Below, in pieces: positions 41,784-53,800 of a stretch of 64,000 nucleotides of DNA. The translations under genes were made by a program, and so were the position numbers. The DNA lies in the NCBI GenBank assembly GCA_041937175.2, contig CP166615.1:32001-96000 (forward strand). Direction: 5' to 3'. The first letter of the stretch is position 1. Each line of letters starts with the position of its first letter. The notes below the pieces were generated by a model that saw only the letters and a list, made by a program, of their open reading frames with translations, had not been told where the DNA came from and made no database searches. The stretch comes from Limnothrix sp. BL-A-16 (lineage in GTDB: Bacteria > Cyanobacteriota > Cyanobacteriia > CACIAM-69d).

Positions 41784-42722
41784 ATGAAATATGGAATCGA
41801 CATGGGCCACAACGCCCCTCCCGACACTGGGGCGCGCGGCATCCGGTTTGAAGATGAGCTGACCATCGCCGTTGGCACAAGGGTGATTAACAAGCTGCGA
41901 GCCTTGGGACACACGGTGGTCAATTGCACCCCCCGTAGCGCCTCCAGCGTCACCAACTCCCTTTGGCAGCGCTGTAACGTGGCGAATCTCAACCGGGTTG
42001 ATGCATTTGTGTCGATTCACTTCAACTCCTTCAACACGGTGGTGAATGGTACGGAAGTTTTTGCGGCCAGCACCACGGGCGAACGGTTGGCGGCTCCCCT
42101 ACTGCGCGAAATTGTAGCCCTGGGATTCAACAGCCGTGGGGTCAAAAATGGCGCGCATTTATACGTGATTCGCAACACGTCCGCGCCGGCCATTTTGGTG
42201 GAATGCTGTTTTTGCGATTCTCGTCGGGATATGGATTTGTTTGATCCCGAAAAGATGGCTAACGCGATCGTGAAGGGATTAACGGGACAATTACCCAAGC
42301 CCGAAGCCACCCCAACGCCAACCCCGGCGCAGTCCAGCGCCCAGGTATTGGAATTGCAGCGCACCTTGAACCGGCTCCGAATTTTAGATCGCAACAACCA
42401 GCGCCTAGCTGAAGATGGGTTCATTGGCCCGTCCACCACATCGGCCACCCAACGATTGCAGGCGATTTTGGGTTTGGTAACGGATGGAGTGGCGGGCGAT
42501 CGCACCTGGGTGAACATTCGGCAAATTTTGGCCAAGCCGATTTTGCGGCCCAACCAAAGCTCCGGCCCCGCCGTGCGCTACTTGCAATTTCGGGTGGGCG
42601 TGGCGATCGATGGCATCTATGGCCCCGGAACCCTGGAGGCGGTGCGCCGTTTCCAAACCCAAAACCGCTTGACGGTGGATGGCATTGTGGGGCCACAAGT
42701 TTGGGCCGCCCTGATTGGCTAG
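41784..42722 (+). CDS. N-acetylmuramoyl-L-alanine amidase (Amidase_3) with peptidoglycan-binding domains
   Basis: IDMGH, FVSIHFN and AILVECCF; DG..GP.T repeats at the C-terminus. Confidence 0.92.
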   Translation: MKYGIDMGHNAPPDTGARGIRFEDELTIAVGTRVINKLRALGHTVVNCTPRSASSVTNSLWQRCNVANLNRVDAFVSIHFNSFNTVVNGTEVFAASTTGERLAAPLLREIVALGFNSRGVKNGAHLYVIRNTSAPAILVECCFCDSRRDMDLFDPEKMANAIVKGLTGQLPKPEATPTPTPAQSSAQVLELQRTLNRLRILDRNNQRLAEDGFIGPSTTSATQRLQAILGLVTDGVAGDRTWVNIRQILAKPILRPNQSSGPAVRYLQFRVGVAIDGIYGPGTLEAVRRFQTQNRLTVDGIVGPQVWAALIG

Positions 42723-42780
42723 CGGAATGGGCCTCAAGGCCTGAGCAATTACGATCGCCCGTTCATGCGCTAGAAAACAT

Positions 42781-42823
42781 AAAAAGGCCGATCGATTGCG
42801 ATTCATGGGCAATCGATCGGCCT
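42781..42823 (-). terminator. Rho-independent terminator-like hairpin between convergent amidase and map
   Basis: AGGCCGATCGATTGC / GCAATCGATCGGCCT stem next to an A-run (U-run on the minus strand). Confidence 0.6.
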
Positions 42824-42952
42824 GCCTAAGGGCTTGGGTTTCCCAACCTTTGCTCGGTTATTGAGCAGTCGCCGAGACTGAATCCCAGCATGCAAGCCCG
42901 AAACTTTAAAATTGCAACTTCAAGGCCGGCTGCTGAATCGAGGGTGTCTTGA

Positions 42953-43256
42953 GGGTCTGTCGTCATTGCTTGAAATCAGGTGAAAACGGCTGATTCACCA
43001 TGCCCCCAGTGCCGTAACAAGGGGCTTAAGCCCCTTGCTGCCCACGATTCGCTAACGGTGGAATTAGGGTTTCAGGCGACATACCCCCAGTGCCGTAACA
43101 AGGAGCTTAAGCCCCTTGCTGCCCACGATTCGCTAACGGTGGAATTAGGGTTTCAGGCGACATACCCTCAGTGCCGTGACAAGGAGCTTAAGCCCCTTGC
43201 TGCCCACGATTCGCTAACGGTGGAATTAGGGTTTCAGGCAATTTGACGGCAAGCCC
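42953..43256 (-). mobile_element. MITE copy D with internal 81-bp triplication
   Basis: Ends GGGTCTGTCGTC and GACGGCAAGCCC; palindrome copies start at 43018, 43099 and 43180. Confidence 0.78.
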
Positions 43257-43300
43257 GCGACTCTGGTGTAAAGCTCTTGGTATGAAGCTCTTGGCGCGAT

Positions 43301-44143
43301 TTAAACCTTAGTGCGATCGGTCAAAATTTCAAAGCCATCCTCCGTCACCAGCACCGTGTGTTCCCACTGGGCTGACCAAGAGCGATCGACCGTTACGGCC
43401 GTCCACTTGTCACTCAAAATCTTGGTTTTCTTGGAACCCGCATTCAAAATCGGCTCGATCGCCAGGGTCATCCCCGCCCGCAGCCGCACATTCGGCAGCT
43501 CACGGGTTCGGAAATTAAACACCGCCGGTTCTTCGTGCAGATTGCGCCCCACGCCGTGACCGGTGAAATCTTCCACCACCGAGTAGCCATTGGCCTTCAC
43601 CACGTCCTCGATCGCCCCGGCAATGTCCAGCAGCGTTGCCCCCGGCTTCACCTGATAAATTCCCGCCATCAGGGACTCTTCCGCCACCCGTGCCAGGCGA
43701 TCGGCCTCCGGAGAGACCTGCCCCACCCGCACCGTCACACAGGAATCGCCATGGAACCCGTTGAAATAGGCTCCCGTGTCTACCTTCACAAGGTCGCCAC
43801 TTTGGATCGTCTTTTTCGAGTTGGGAATTCCATGCACCACTTCATTATTAATGGAGGCGCAAATGGAAGCTGGGAACCCGTGATAGCCCTTGAAGCTGGG
43901 CACGGCTCCCAGTTCACGAATTCGCTTTTCCGCATGGCGATCGAGGTCGGCCGTGGTCATACCCGGTTCTGCCAACTCCAGAATTTCCTTCAGCACCGTT
44001 GCCACGATCGCCGAAGCCTGCCGCATGATCTCGATCTCGCGCTTCGATTTGATTTCAATACCCCGGCGATTTTTTTGAATGCGCGGGCCCGTTTGCGAGT
44101 CGGCAGGCTTGGACTTGGGCAGCAGGTCGGCAAAAACGTTCAT
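43301..44143 (-). CDS. map: Type I methionine aminopeptidase
   Basis: [15 protein letters not shown]...GDSC, GHGVG..LHEEP, AIEP and SAQWEHT. Confidence 0.96.
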   Translation of the reverse strand: MNVFADLLPKSKPADSQTGPRIQKNRRGIEIKSKREIEIMRQASAIVATVLKEILELAEPGMTTADLDRHAEKRIRELGAVPSFKGYHGFPASICASINNEVVHGIPNSKKTIQSGDLVKVDTGAYFNGFHGDSCVTVRVGQVSPEADRLARVAEESLMAGIYQVKPGATLLDIAGAIEDVVKANGYSVVEDFTGHGVGRNLHEEPAVFNFRTRELPNVRLRAGMTLAIEPILNAGSKKTKILSDKWTAVTVDRSWSAQWEHTVLVTEDGFEILTDRTKV

Positions 44144-45124
44144 GGTGTTAGCAGGTGGTGTTAGCGATCGAAGCGACAGTGGGGAAGGCAATGTCCCTCT
44201 AGAGCTTATCAAAAAACTTTACAAGCCTGGGGGACTCTGGCCGGGGCTGGGTAACAGCCGGGTGCTTGCTGACTTAAGGCCCTGGCCGGCGCTGCCCAAG
44301 CCGGGGCGCACCCAATTCCCGTCAGCCATAGCCCAGCACTCAGCAATGGCATCAGGATCGATATCAGGATCGATCGCCCGATCGCTCGTTTGGCTGTTTT
44401 GAACCCCAGTTGCGTCTTAGCAAATAAGGTTGCCATTATTGGCGCATTGGAATCGATCAAAAAAATGTCAATTTCCGTAAGTTCTGAATTTTCATGATCC
44501 TAATTTCCCGATTCTCGAAAAAGTGATTCAATCAAACTGGGTTACCCCGTCATTTTCTTGATCTTTGATTAATCAACAAATCAATAACCCATTCAATGCT
44601 TGAAAAACAGTCAAAAACATCTTTCAAAACAAGATAAAAAAGCCTGAAGCTCGATTTTGGTAATGAATTGGATCGATTACCCTACTGCCCTAATTGTCCT
44701 AAATCTAGTGTAGGACGGGCTGGTGGCTTCACAAATGGTAAATCACTGGACAGGAGCGCGGTTACTGACTAAAAAACAAGATTGGAAAACCGCGTGCGAG
44801 ATCGATATTGGTGGATCGATCTCGCCAGGGTAAGGCATACTCAAAGTGACCCTTGACCATGCCACTTCTCCCGAACAGCCTCCCTGTGCTCTGAACAGTC
44901 TGCAAGAGCACAGCGTTTGTTGTCTAATTCCTGATGTAATGGAGGAGATCTGCATGATTGGCGGTAATCGACGGACTGTTGCGCTCATTGCCCTGGATGA
45001 TGCTGATGCTGCCAAAAGCGACTGGTAAGCTCCCGCTATCGCCCTGGTTCGACTGCGATCGACTCAATTTGGGTGCAGCCCGATTTCCTCTCCCTGGACT
45101 CTCGCGTTTTGACCCCTTGGCCCT

Positions 45125-46084
45125 ATGAGCGATATTCCCTCCATCCTCCAAGACCTCGCACGGGAGTTAGAACGCGACCCAGAAATTGTTCGCATTAAAA
45201 AACTGCTGCTGTTAGCCTGTACGGGGCACTGGGAAGGCGATAACCAGAAAATTGCCCTGCTCGATACGGGGCGGTTGCTGCAACGGCTGCAATCCTTATC
45301 GCCCACGATGAATCATCTAACGACTCGGTTAAACCGGGCAGCAGCTCACCTGAATAAGCCTCAGGTGTATGGGGTAATTGCCAGTCGCATTAGCCAGCGA
45401 TTGGGGAATCTTTGTCATGATCCGGACGGGGAAGCCACCCTTACCAGCACGGAACCGCGTTTGCCGGTGGAGTCTGGAGACGAGCGGACGGTGCTGTCTT
45501 TCCAAGGCCCCAGCCACAGTGCAGAACCGGCGATTGTGGCTCGGGATCCATCCCAGGACACCATGACCAATCGGCCGGTGATGAATTTGGCGGCCTACGA
45601 TTGGTTTGCGGTGCGATTTGAATTATTGCGGGCTACAAACCCGTTGCGGGTGAAAATTCTCAGCTTTTTCACGCTGGATCCCCAAACCAGTTTTAATGCC
45701 TATACTTGGGCTTCTATTAAGTCGGAATTGCTCGATCGCCTGTTGTATCGGCTTTGCGAAGCTTGTCCAACCCTGGATGATTTGGAAGAACGCTTGCAAA
45801 GCACGGTGAATCGCTTCCCGGAAGTGGAAGAATATGCCCAGGCTGCGGAGTCCATGATTCGCGTGCTCGATCGAGCCATCTATTCAGCGGATCCGGAACC
45901 GAAACCCCTGGCCCAAGAATCCTTTGGCGCAACGGGACGTTTTCCGGGCTTTGAAATGTTTGGCGAGGCGGCGGAAAAAACGCAACTTAGCTCTGGCTTA
46001 CCCATGGAAGCTGAGGATGAGGATGATGAGACAGAACGATCGATGTTTGCGATCGAAAATGTCTTTACCCGATCGCATCCCTAG
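45125..46084 (+). CDS. Hypothetical protein with two related helical domains
   Basis: 319-aa ORF; RIKKLL... and NPLRVKIL... segments are each followed by L..L....PT...L..RL. Confidence 0.75.
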   Translation: MSDIPSILQDLARELERDPEIVRIKKLLLLACTGHWEGDNQKIALLDTGRLLQRLQSLSPTMNHLTTRLNRAAAHLNKPQVYGVIASRISQRLGNLCHDPDGEATLTSTEPRLPVESGDERTVLSFQGPSHSAEPAIVARDPSQDTMTNRPVMNLAAYDWFAVRFELLRATNPLRVKILSFFTLDPQTSFNAYTWASIKSELLDRLLYRLCEACPTLDDLEERLQSTVNRFPEVEEYAQAAESMIRVLDRAIYSADPEPKPLAQESFGATGRFPGFEMFGEAAEKTQLSSGLPMEAEDEDDETERSMFAIENVFTRSHP

Positions 46085-46179
46085 GCACACTGAGGCTGAC
46101 CTGAGCGATCGCCCTTGGCCCAGCTCTGCGCGCGGCCTGCCACATTCCCTGTCTTCTTTCCTGGAAGCCCAACAGACCC

Positions 46180-47184
46180 ATGGACGCACAAGCCATCTTG
46201 CAACGCTACAAAGCAGGTGAGACCAACTTCAGTGGCCTCAACCTGAGCGGCTGCAAACTGATTCGCGCGGATCTCGTGGGTGTGAATTTCACCGGAGCCG
46301 ACCTCAGCCACGCCAATTTGATTTTGTCTTACCTCAATCGGGCGGTGCTGCGAGGGGCCAACTTAACCCACATCAAACTGAGCGGGGCCAACCTCGATCG
46401 CGCCAACCTGAGTGCGGCGAACTTGCGGGATGCGGACTTGCACGGGGCCCGGCTGGAAGCGGCCGACCTGCGCAATGTGAATCTTTCCCTGTCGATTTTG
46501 ACCGATGCCAACCTGGTGGAGGCGGACTTGCGCAACGCCAACCTTAGCGGCATCAATGCCCGAGGGGCCTGCCTGCGGGGGGCCAATCTGCGCGAAGAAA
46601 AGCGGGTCTATCAAGGGGCCAACCTCCGGGGAGCCGATTTGAGCTTTGCAGATCTGCAAGGGGCGGATTTGTCTGGGGCGGATCTGACCCGTGCGAATTT
46701 GACGGGGGCCAACTTGCGGGAAACCGTCCTGCGCGGGGTGAACTTGATGGAAGCCAACCTGAGCGGGGCCATTTTGTGTAATGCGGCCCTCAGCGACAGC
46801 AACTTGGAGCGGGCCACACTGCTTCAGGCAAATCTCACGAGTGTGCGGGCTGAGCGAACCATTTTCAATGAATGTAATCTCAACGGCAGTGTGTGTCAGA
46901 TGGCGCTGTTTGCGGATGCTAAATTTGCCCACGCCAAGATGTTGCAGTCGGATTTTTCCTATGCGCGCTTAACTCGGGCTGATTTGCGCCGGGCGGATAT
47001 GACCCGATCAAACCTGTCTCAGGCGGATTTGGTGGATTCGTTCTTGACGCGCACCAACTTGCGAGATGCCAACATGACCAAGGTGCTGTTAAATCGGGCG
47101 GAAATGAGCAGTGCAAACCTCAACGGCGCAAACTTGACCAACGCCACCATGCCCGACGGTCAAATTTATTATCAGAATTACTAA
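46180..47184 (+). CDS. Pentapeptide repeat protein
   Basis: Continuous A(D/N)Lxx repeats ending ATMPDG. Confidence 0.95.
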   Translation: MDAQAILQRYKAGETNFSGLNLSGCKLIRADLVGVNFTGADLSHANLILSYLNRAVLRGANLTHIKLSGANLDRANLSAANLRDADLHGARLEAADLRNVNLSLSILTDANLVEADLRNANLSGINARGACLRGANLREEKRVYQGANLRGADLSFADLQGADLSGADLTRANLTGANLRETVLRGVNLMEANLSGAILCNAALSDSNLERATLLQANLTSVRAERTIFNECNLNGSVCQMALFADAKFAHAKMLQSDFSYARLTRADLRRADMTRSNLSQADLVDSFLTRTNLRDANMTKVLLNRAEMSSANLNGANLTNATMPDGQIYYQNY

Positions 47185-47207
47185 CACTCCTCAACCGACG
47201 ACAGGCC

Positions 47208-47852
47208 CTAGGCCGCCTGAGCCAGGGCCGATCGCAGCGCGTCCAAATAGCCCCCCACGTTGTAGGTGTTTAGGCGGTAGCTGACCGGGTGGACAATGAG
47301 TCGGGCTGTGCTTTCAAACAACACCTCAATTTCCACCAAGCCGTTCTCCTTGAGGGTGCGCCCCGTGGCCACCAAGTCCACGATCGCCTCAGACATGCCC
47401 GTGATCGGCCCCAATTCCACGGAGCCGTAAAGGGGCACAATCTCCACCGGTAGATCCAACGATTGGAAATATTCGCGGGCACAGCGCACAAATTTGGAAG
47501 CGATGCGGCTATGGGCCGGCAGGTCGATCGCCCGTTGATAGGGCCCATCCGCCTGGACTGCCACCGACATGCGACAGCCCCCAAAGCCCAAATCCAGAAC
47601 GTTGGCAACGTTGGGCGCTTTTTCCCGCAGCACGTCGTAGCCCACAATGCCCAACTGCGCTTGGCCACATTCCACATAAACCGGCACATCACCATTGCGC
47701 ACCAGCATGGCCCGCGCCGTACCGGTGGGGTCGGTCACTTGTAGTTGGCGGTTGCTTTTGTCGAGCAGGACGCTGAAGTCTAGGCCCGCAGCGGCTAGCA
47801 ATTGCACGCTATCGGCCAGGAGGGAGCCTTTGGGAATGGCGATGGTCAGCAC
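47208..47852 (-). CDS. hisG: ATP phosphoribosyltransferase, short form
   Basis: [23 protein letters not shown] and [28 protein letters not shown] at 47852. Confidence 0.95.
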   Translation of the reverse strand: MLTIAIPKGSLLADSVQLLAAAGLDFSVLLDKSNRQLQVTDPTGTARAMLVRNGDVPVYVECGQAQLGIVGYDVLREKAPNVANVLDLGFGGCRMSVAVQADGPYQRAIDLPAHSRIASKFVRCAREYFQSLDLPVEIVPLYGSVELGPITGMSEAIVDLVATGRTLKENGLVEIEVLFESTARLIVHPVSYRLNTYNVGGYLDALRSALAQAA

Positions 47853-47977
47853 AGGGCGATCGGGGGGTGGGATGGGGCAAGGTTTCGCCCGCCTATTGTA
47901 TAGATCTATTTCCCGCGTGGCGCATCTTTTGTTTGGGTGCTCGTGTCCTTTGGGCTGAATTGTGGCCCAAGCTTGCG

Positions 47978-48205
47978 TTAACGTCGCTGACTCGATCGAC
48001 CGCTGGGCAACAGGGGAAACAGGCCCGCCGCCACCACGCCCGCCCCAAAGCCCGTGGCCAACAGGAAACCAAATGGCATTTGCACGGTGCGAGATCCAAA
48101 CCACTGCACGGAAACAAGGGTGGCGTTTTGGACGGAGATGAGGGCGATTCCGATCGTTCCTGTGGCCACAATCAGAGCGATCGCCAGGTTGACTAGTTTG
48201 CCCAT
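47978..48205 (-). CDS. LapA/DUF1049-like small membrane protein
   Basis: Two hydrophobic helices around ISVQNAT.VSV..F. Confidence 0.75.
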   Translation of the reverse strand: MGKLVNLAIALIVATGTIGIALISVQNATLVSVQWFGSRTVQMPFGFLLATGFGAGVVAAGLFPLLPSGRSSQRR

Positions 48206-48316
48206 TTTTTACCTAATTTTTGACCTATTGTTTTGACTGAATTCGGTATTTTCCATCGAGTAATTCAACAATTGCTTGAAAACGTTGCCTGGAAAGCTAC
48301 CAATCTGCCTTAAAAA

Positions 48317-48784
48317 TTACCAAGTGCTGAAGGGGCGATCGGCTAAGGCAGAATTGCGATAGCGGGGATCGTGAGACACTTCTTCACCAATCCAGTCTGG
48401 TAACTGCACCGGTTGATCGGGGCGATCGAGTTCAATTTCTGCCACGATCAGTCCCGCATTGCTGCCAAAAAATTCATCGATTTCCCAGCAACCTTCCGCA
48501 CAGGGTAACCGATAGCGAATTTTGTCGATCGGGGGCGAAACACAGAGCGTCGCCAACATTTCCGTGGCATCAATGACGGGAATTTCGTATTCGTATTCCG
48601 ATCGTGCCAGGCCGTCGGTTTGGCCTTTGATGGTTAGAAATGCCCGATCGCCCGCAATGCGTGCCCGCACGGTGCGTAAGGGATCTGACCACAGATAGCC
48701 CTGTTGGTAGCGTTTGCCCGGCTGGACAAGATCGCGCCAACGGTTCGATCGCACCAGAAATTTCCGCTCAATCTCGATCGCCAT
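48317..48784 (-). CDS. CYTH domain protein
   Basis: EIERKFLV, QGYL, LTIKG, EYEYEIP and WEIDEF.G.N.GLIVAEIEL. Confidence 0.93.
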   Translation of the reverse strand: MAIEIERKFLVRSNRWRDLVQPGKRYQQGYLWSDPLRTVRARIAGDRAFLTIKGQTDGLARSEYEYEIPVIDATEMLATLCVSPPIDKIRYRLPCAEGCWEIDEFFGSNAGLIVAEIELDRPDQPVQLPDWIGEEVSHDPRYRNSALADRPFSTW

Positions 48785-48983
48785 GGGAAGTCGCTGTTGA
48801 TCAGGATATTGAGTCTGAATGTTCAGGTTTGAATATTCGAGCTTGAATATTCGGGTTTGAATATCTCGCTTTGAATATCCAGGACTGAGGCTTCAGATTT
48901 TCCCTAAATTTTCAGGGATCTCTTCAACCGTTTGGGTTTATTTTTAAGTTTATTGTTAGTTTGCTGTTCCTTGGGGAACGGGA

Positions 48984-49056
48984 TGGAGCTAAGCGGATTC
49001 GAACCGCTGACCCCTTCAATGCCATTGAAGTGCTCTACCAACTGAGCTATAGCCCC
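48984..49056 (-). tRNA. tRNA-Ala (GGC)
   Basis: Reverse complement GGGGCTATAGCTCAGTTGGTAGAGCACTTCAATGGCATTGAAGGGGTCAGCGGTTCGAATCCGCTTAGCTCCA folds as a cloverleaf with anticodon GGC and a G3:U70 pair. Confidence 0.96.
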
Positions 49057-49477
49057 GTTCAGCGAAGTCAATAATCGCCTAAAAGTTTGGATTCGTCAAC
49101 CCAATCGACCAAATTCTTTTTCGGCGGAATTGGGATCAGGTGCGCTAAGGTAGCACTGCTTCTGTAAAGAACCATTACGAAATTAATCCTCCCGCCGATC
49201 GCGCCAGTCCGACTAGCCAATGGCACGAGCCATCGAGTCTTGCGGGGCGATCGGCTCCGGCAGAACTGCTCCACAGCTTTAACTGCTCCCATCAACTGAT
49301 CGACCCATGAATAACCCTTCAGTTCCTCCAACGGTGTCCCTTGGGTTGCCGATCGGCTTGGATCGATCGCCCCAAAGGCGGTTTCGATCGGGTCTCTGTG
49401 GTGACCGCCCTGGCCCCTCGGCAAAGCTTGGGTTTGCAACCGATTCTGAAACGAATCCCCGCGTCAGGCTCGGTTTC

Positions 49478-50857
49478 ATGCCCGTGACGCGGGGGCAACG
49501 GCAATTTGGCCCACGATCGATTCATCGGCGGTGGCTCAGTGGCCTCTGTGGCTTGGCCCTGTTGGCCAGCGGTTGCCAAAACGCCATTCCCCCCAGCGAT
49601 GCCCAACCGGCCCCGCCGGGAGCCGCCGATCGTGCGGGGCCGCCTTCGGTGGACGTGGCCTTGGCCAAAACTGCCACTCAGCAAACCACCCAGGACTATA
49701 GCGGTACGACTCAGCCCGTTCGGGAAGTGGCCGTGCGATCGCGGGTGGAAGGCTACGTGCTGGATATGCGATCGGATGTGGGGCAACCGGTGCGCCAAGG
49801 GCAACTGTTGGCGCGGGTGGATGCGCGGTTGCTGACCTCCGAGGCCGTGGAAGCCCAAGCGGAGGTTTCCGCCCGGGAGTTGGAAGTGGCCAGCAACCAA
49901 GCCCAAATTGGCGAAGCTCAGGCCCGCGTTGGCGAAGCAGAATTGCAATTGCAACAGGCTAAGTCTGATCTTGATCGCCTAGAGCGCCTGTTTCGGGAAG
50001 GGGCGATCGCGGAGCAAAACGTGGAAAACGCCCGCACGGCCGTGGGAACCGCCGCCAAAGCTCTCCAGGCTGCCCGACAACAGGTGAAAACCCGCCAGCA
50101 AACCGTGGCCGTGGCCCGGCGCAGGGTGGCCGCCCAACAGGCGATCGCCGATCAGGCTCGCCAACGCCAAGATTTTGCACTGGTGCGATCGCCCCTCAGC
50201 GGTCGTGTGTTGGCCAAGCTGTTGGAACCCGGCAGCCTGGCCCAACCGGGCAGCGAAATTATTCGCATTGGTGACTTCAGCCAACTCAAGATTCTAGTGC
50301 GTCTGTCCGATCGATCCCTGGCGGGTGTGCGGCTGGGGCAAGGGGCCCGGGTGCGGCTGGATGCCTTGCCGGGTCAAGAATTTACCGGGCGGGTCACGGC
50401 CATTTCTCCCTTGGGCGATGCGGTGGCTCGGCAAGTGCCCGTAGAAATCACTCTTCCCAACCCCGACGGGCGCTTGGGGAGTGGTCTATTGGCTCGGGTG
50501 AGCTTTGCCCAGGCGGCCGCCGCTCGGGTCACCATTCCCGAGCGGGCCTTGGCGGTGGCTGATATGACCGATCGCGCTCCCGGTGGGGCAAGTGGTCGCG
50601 GGGGACGTTCTGCCGGAGCTGGGCAACCCGCCGCCAATGCGCCTGCTCCCACCCAAGGCACGGTGTTTGTGGTGCAGGGGGAAGGAGAAGCCGTGACCGT
50701 TGCGCCCAGGTTGGTGCAGTTGGGATCCCGGTTTGATGGCCAGGTGCAAGTGCTCTCGGGTCTGCAACCGGGCGATCGCTACGTCCTGCGCAGTAGCGGC
50801 CCTCTGGCTGCGGGCGATCGGGTGCGACTGAGTGCAATTTCTGAACCCGCGAGGTAA
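49478..50857 (+). CDS. RND efflux periplasmic adaptor (MFP) subunit
   Basis: LASGC lipobox, lipoyl-like VRSRVEG...GQ.V..GQLL, a coiled coil and VRSPLSG; start uncertain. Confidence 0.9.
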   Translation: MPVTRGQRQFGPRSIHRRWLSGLCGLALLASGCQNAIPPSDAQPAPPGAADRAGPPSVDVALAKTATQQTTQDYSGTTQPVREVAVRSRVEGYVLDMRSDVGQPVRQGQLLARVDARLLTSEAVEAQAEVSARELEVASNQAQIGEAQARVGEAELQLQQAKSDLDRLERLFREGAIAEQNVENARTAVGTAAKALQAARQQVKTRQQTVAVARRRVAAQQAIADQARQRQDFALVRSPLSGRVLAKLLEPGSLAQPGSEIIRIGDFSQLKILVRLSDRSLAGVRLGQGARVRLDALPGQEFTGRVTAISPLGDAVARQVPVEITLPNPDGRLGSGLLARVSFAQAAAARVTIPERALAVADMTDRAPGGASGRGGRSAGAGQPAANAPAPTQGTVFVVQGEGEAVTVAPRLVQLGSRFDGQVQVLSGLQPGDRYVLRSSGPLAAGDRVRLSAISEPAR

Positions 50858-50862
50858 GGCAA

Positions 50863-53800
50863 ATGTTTGATTCGCGGCCCACGGGCTTTAGTCTCAGCGC
50901 CCTATCGATCCGTCGTCACATTGCCACCTTGATGTTGGCGGTGGCGGCGATCGTCCTCGGGGGCTTTTTTGTCAGCACCATGCAAGTGGACTTGCTGCCC
51001 TCCATCACCTATCCCCGGATTGGCCTGCGGGCCGATGCGCCGGGCGTGTCGCCGGAAGTGGCGATCGATGAAATCACCCGTCCCCTGGAGGAGGCCCTGT
51101 CAGCCACCGAAGGCGTGGTGCAGGTTTATTCCCAAACGCGAGAGGGCAGCATCAGCCTGGACTTATATTTCCAGCCGGGCGGCAACCTAGACCAGGCCCT
51201 GAATGATGCAACGGCGGCCTTTAACCGGGCCCGGGGCCGGCTGCCGGACGCGGTGGAAAATGCGCGGCTGTTCAAGTTTGACCCCTCTCAGTTGCCGGTG
51301 TATGAGCTGGCGGTGACCTCGCCCACCCAATCCCCTGCCCAGTTGCGGGTGTTTGCCGATGAGGAACTCTCGCGCGAGCTGAATGTGGTGGATGGGGTGG
51401 CCTCGGTGGATGTGTCCGGCGGGGTGGAAGAGGAAGTGCGAATCACGCTGGATCTGCAACGGCTCCAGGCGATCGGGCTAGATCTGCAAACGGTGTTGGA
51501 TGGCTTGAGCGATCGCAACCAAGATATTTCCGGCGGCCGGATTTATGCCCCCGATGGGGAACCCCTGACCCGGGCCACGGGCCGGTTTCGCAGTGCGGCT
51601 GAGTTAGCCCAATTGCCCTTTGTGGTGCGGAATGGCAACGGCAGCGCCCCCACCCAAACGGTGACCCTCAGCGACTTTGCCACGGTGGTGGATGGCACGG
51701 CGGAGCAACGGGTGGAAGTGCGCCTGAATGGTCAGCCGTCGGTGAAGCTGAGTGTGCAAAAGCAGCCCGATGCCAACTCGATCGCCGTGGTGGCCGCCGT
51801 CAAACAGCGGCTTCAGGAACTGGCGGCCAATGGCACAATTCCGGGGGATGTGACCCTGTTGCCCACCTTGGACGAGTCGGTGTTCATTCAAAATGCCGTC
51901 TCCAACGTGATGTCCTCGGGCTTGATGGGGACGGGGCTGGCGGCCTTTGCGGTCTTTATCTTTTTGGGATCTCTGCGCCAAACCCTGATTGTGTCGATCT
52001 CGATTCCGCTGGCCACCTTGGCGGCGGTGATTTTGATGCGGTTTTGGGGCCTGACGATCAATGTTTTCAGCTTGGGGGGTTTGGCCCTCGGGGTGGGGAT
52101 TGTGGTCGATAACTCGATCGTGATGATGGAAGCGATCGTGGAAGGAACCCGCACCAATGGCCGAGAGGTGGAGCCAGCGGAAGTGGTCGATCGGGCGATC
52201 GCCAGCAGCCAAGCGGTGGAGTCGGCCCTGTTGGCTTCCACAAGCACCAACCTGGTGGCCGTGTTGCCCTTTTTGTTCATCGGCGGGTTCATCGCCCTGC
52301 TGTTTAATGAACTGATTTTGACCATCAGCTTTGCGGTGGCGGCCTCGATTTTGGTAGCGGCCACGGTGGTGCCGTCCATGGCGGCGCGGTTGCTGGCGGT
52401 GCGTTGGTCGAGCGGGGTGGGCCGTTGGTGGCCCCTGCGGGCGTTCGATCGCTGGATGGATGGGGTGATGGTCAACTATGGCCGGCTGCTAGGCGGGCTA
52501 ATGCGGGTGCGGCTGTTGGTGGTGTTGGTCATCGCCACGGCCCTCACGGTTAGCAGCCTGTCGGTGATTGGCTACATTCCCCAAGAAATCCTGCCGCGCA
52601 TTGCCACGGGCCAAGCGCAATTGGTGGCCATCTTTCCACCCAGCACCACCCTGGAAACCAATCGCCAGGTGATGGAACGGGTTGACCAAATTCTGCGCCA
52701 ACAGCCAGAAACGGAATACGCCTTCACCACGATCGGGGGATCCCTTTTTGGCAGCAACACCAACGAAAACCCCCTGCGCAGCACCAGCACCATCACCCTG
52801 AAACCGGGTGCCGATGTGGAAGCCTATGTGGAGCGGGTGAATGGGCAACTCCGGAAGCTGAATTTGGTGGATATTCGTCTGCGGTTGCGTCCCGGGGAAG
52901 TGCGGGGCTTGATTTTGAATAACTCGCCCGTGCGGGGGGCGGAGTTGGATGTGATTTTGCAAGGGAACGATCCGGCGGCCCTGGCGCGGGCCGGGCGGCA
53001 GGTGCTGACGGCCCTCGATGAGCAGGCCACGCTGGCGGCCTTTCGACCCGACGGCGATCGCCCGCAGCCGGAGGTGCAAATTCGCCCGGATCCCACCCGT
53101 TTGGCCGATCTCGATCTGGACATCACCGACATTGGCCAGGCGATCGAAACGGCGATCCAAGGCTCCGTGCCCACCCAATTGCAGCGGGGGAACCGGTTGG
53201 TTGATGTGCGCGTGCGGCTCGATCGCGCCGCCATCAGCAATCCCTCCCAACTGCTAGACCTGCCCCTGTTTGCCGGGGCCGATCGGCTCGTGCGCTTAGG
53301 CGAAGTGGCCAGCCTCGACAACGCCCAAGCCCCCAGCGAAATTCAGCGAATTAACCAGCGATCGGTGTTTTTGGTGGCCGGGAACCTGAATCCCGGAGCC
53401 AGCCTCAGCGATGCCCTCGCGGAAGTGGATCAAATCCTCAGCAAGCTGGAATTGCCTGCGGGGGTAACCCGGTTGCCCAGCCCCGCCGCCGAAAGCAATC
53501 GCCAAATCCAAGGAGCCTTGCCCCTGTTGGGTGGTTTGGCGGCCTTCCTGGTGTTTGTGGTGATGGCGGTGCAATACAACTCCCTAATTGACCCGCTGGT
53601 GATCATGTTTGCGATTCCCCTGGCCGTGGCCGGCGGGATTCTGGGTCTCTATTGGACGCAAACGGCGATCGGGGCCACGGTGGTGGTCGGTGCGGTGCTG
53701 CTGGTGGGAATTGTGGTGAACAACGCCATCATCATGGTGGAACTGGCGAACCAACTGCGTGAACAATACCAACTCACCCGCAAAGCCGCGATCGTCCAGG

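Noticed and set aside
42980..43246. 88-aa repetitive ORF / possible CRISPR
   Set aside because: It is the translation of an 81-bp tandem repeat inside a MITE; there are no spacers.
44846..45028. 60-aa small ORF upstream of the 45125 gene
   Set aside because: No recognisable motif or ribosome-binding site; it cannot be supported without conservation or expression data.
48984..49056. tRNA as integration site of an island
   Set aside because: No integrase, no duplicated tRNA 3' end seen, and the flanking genes are housekeeping.
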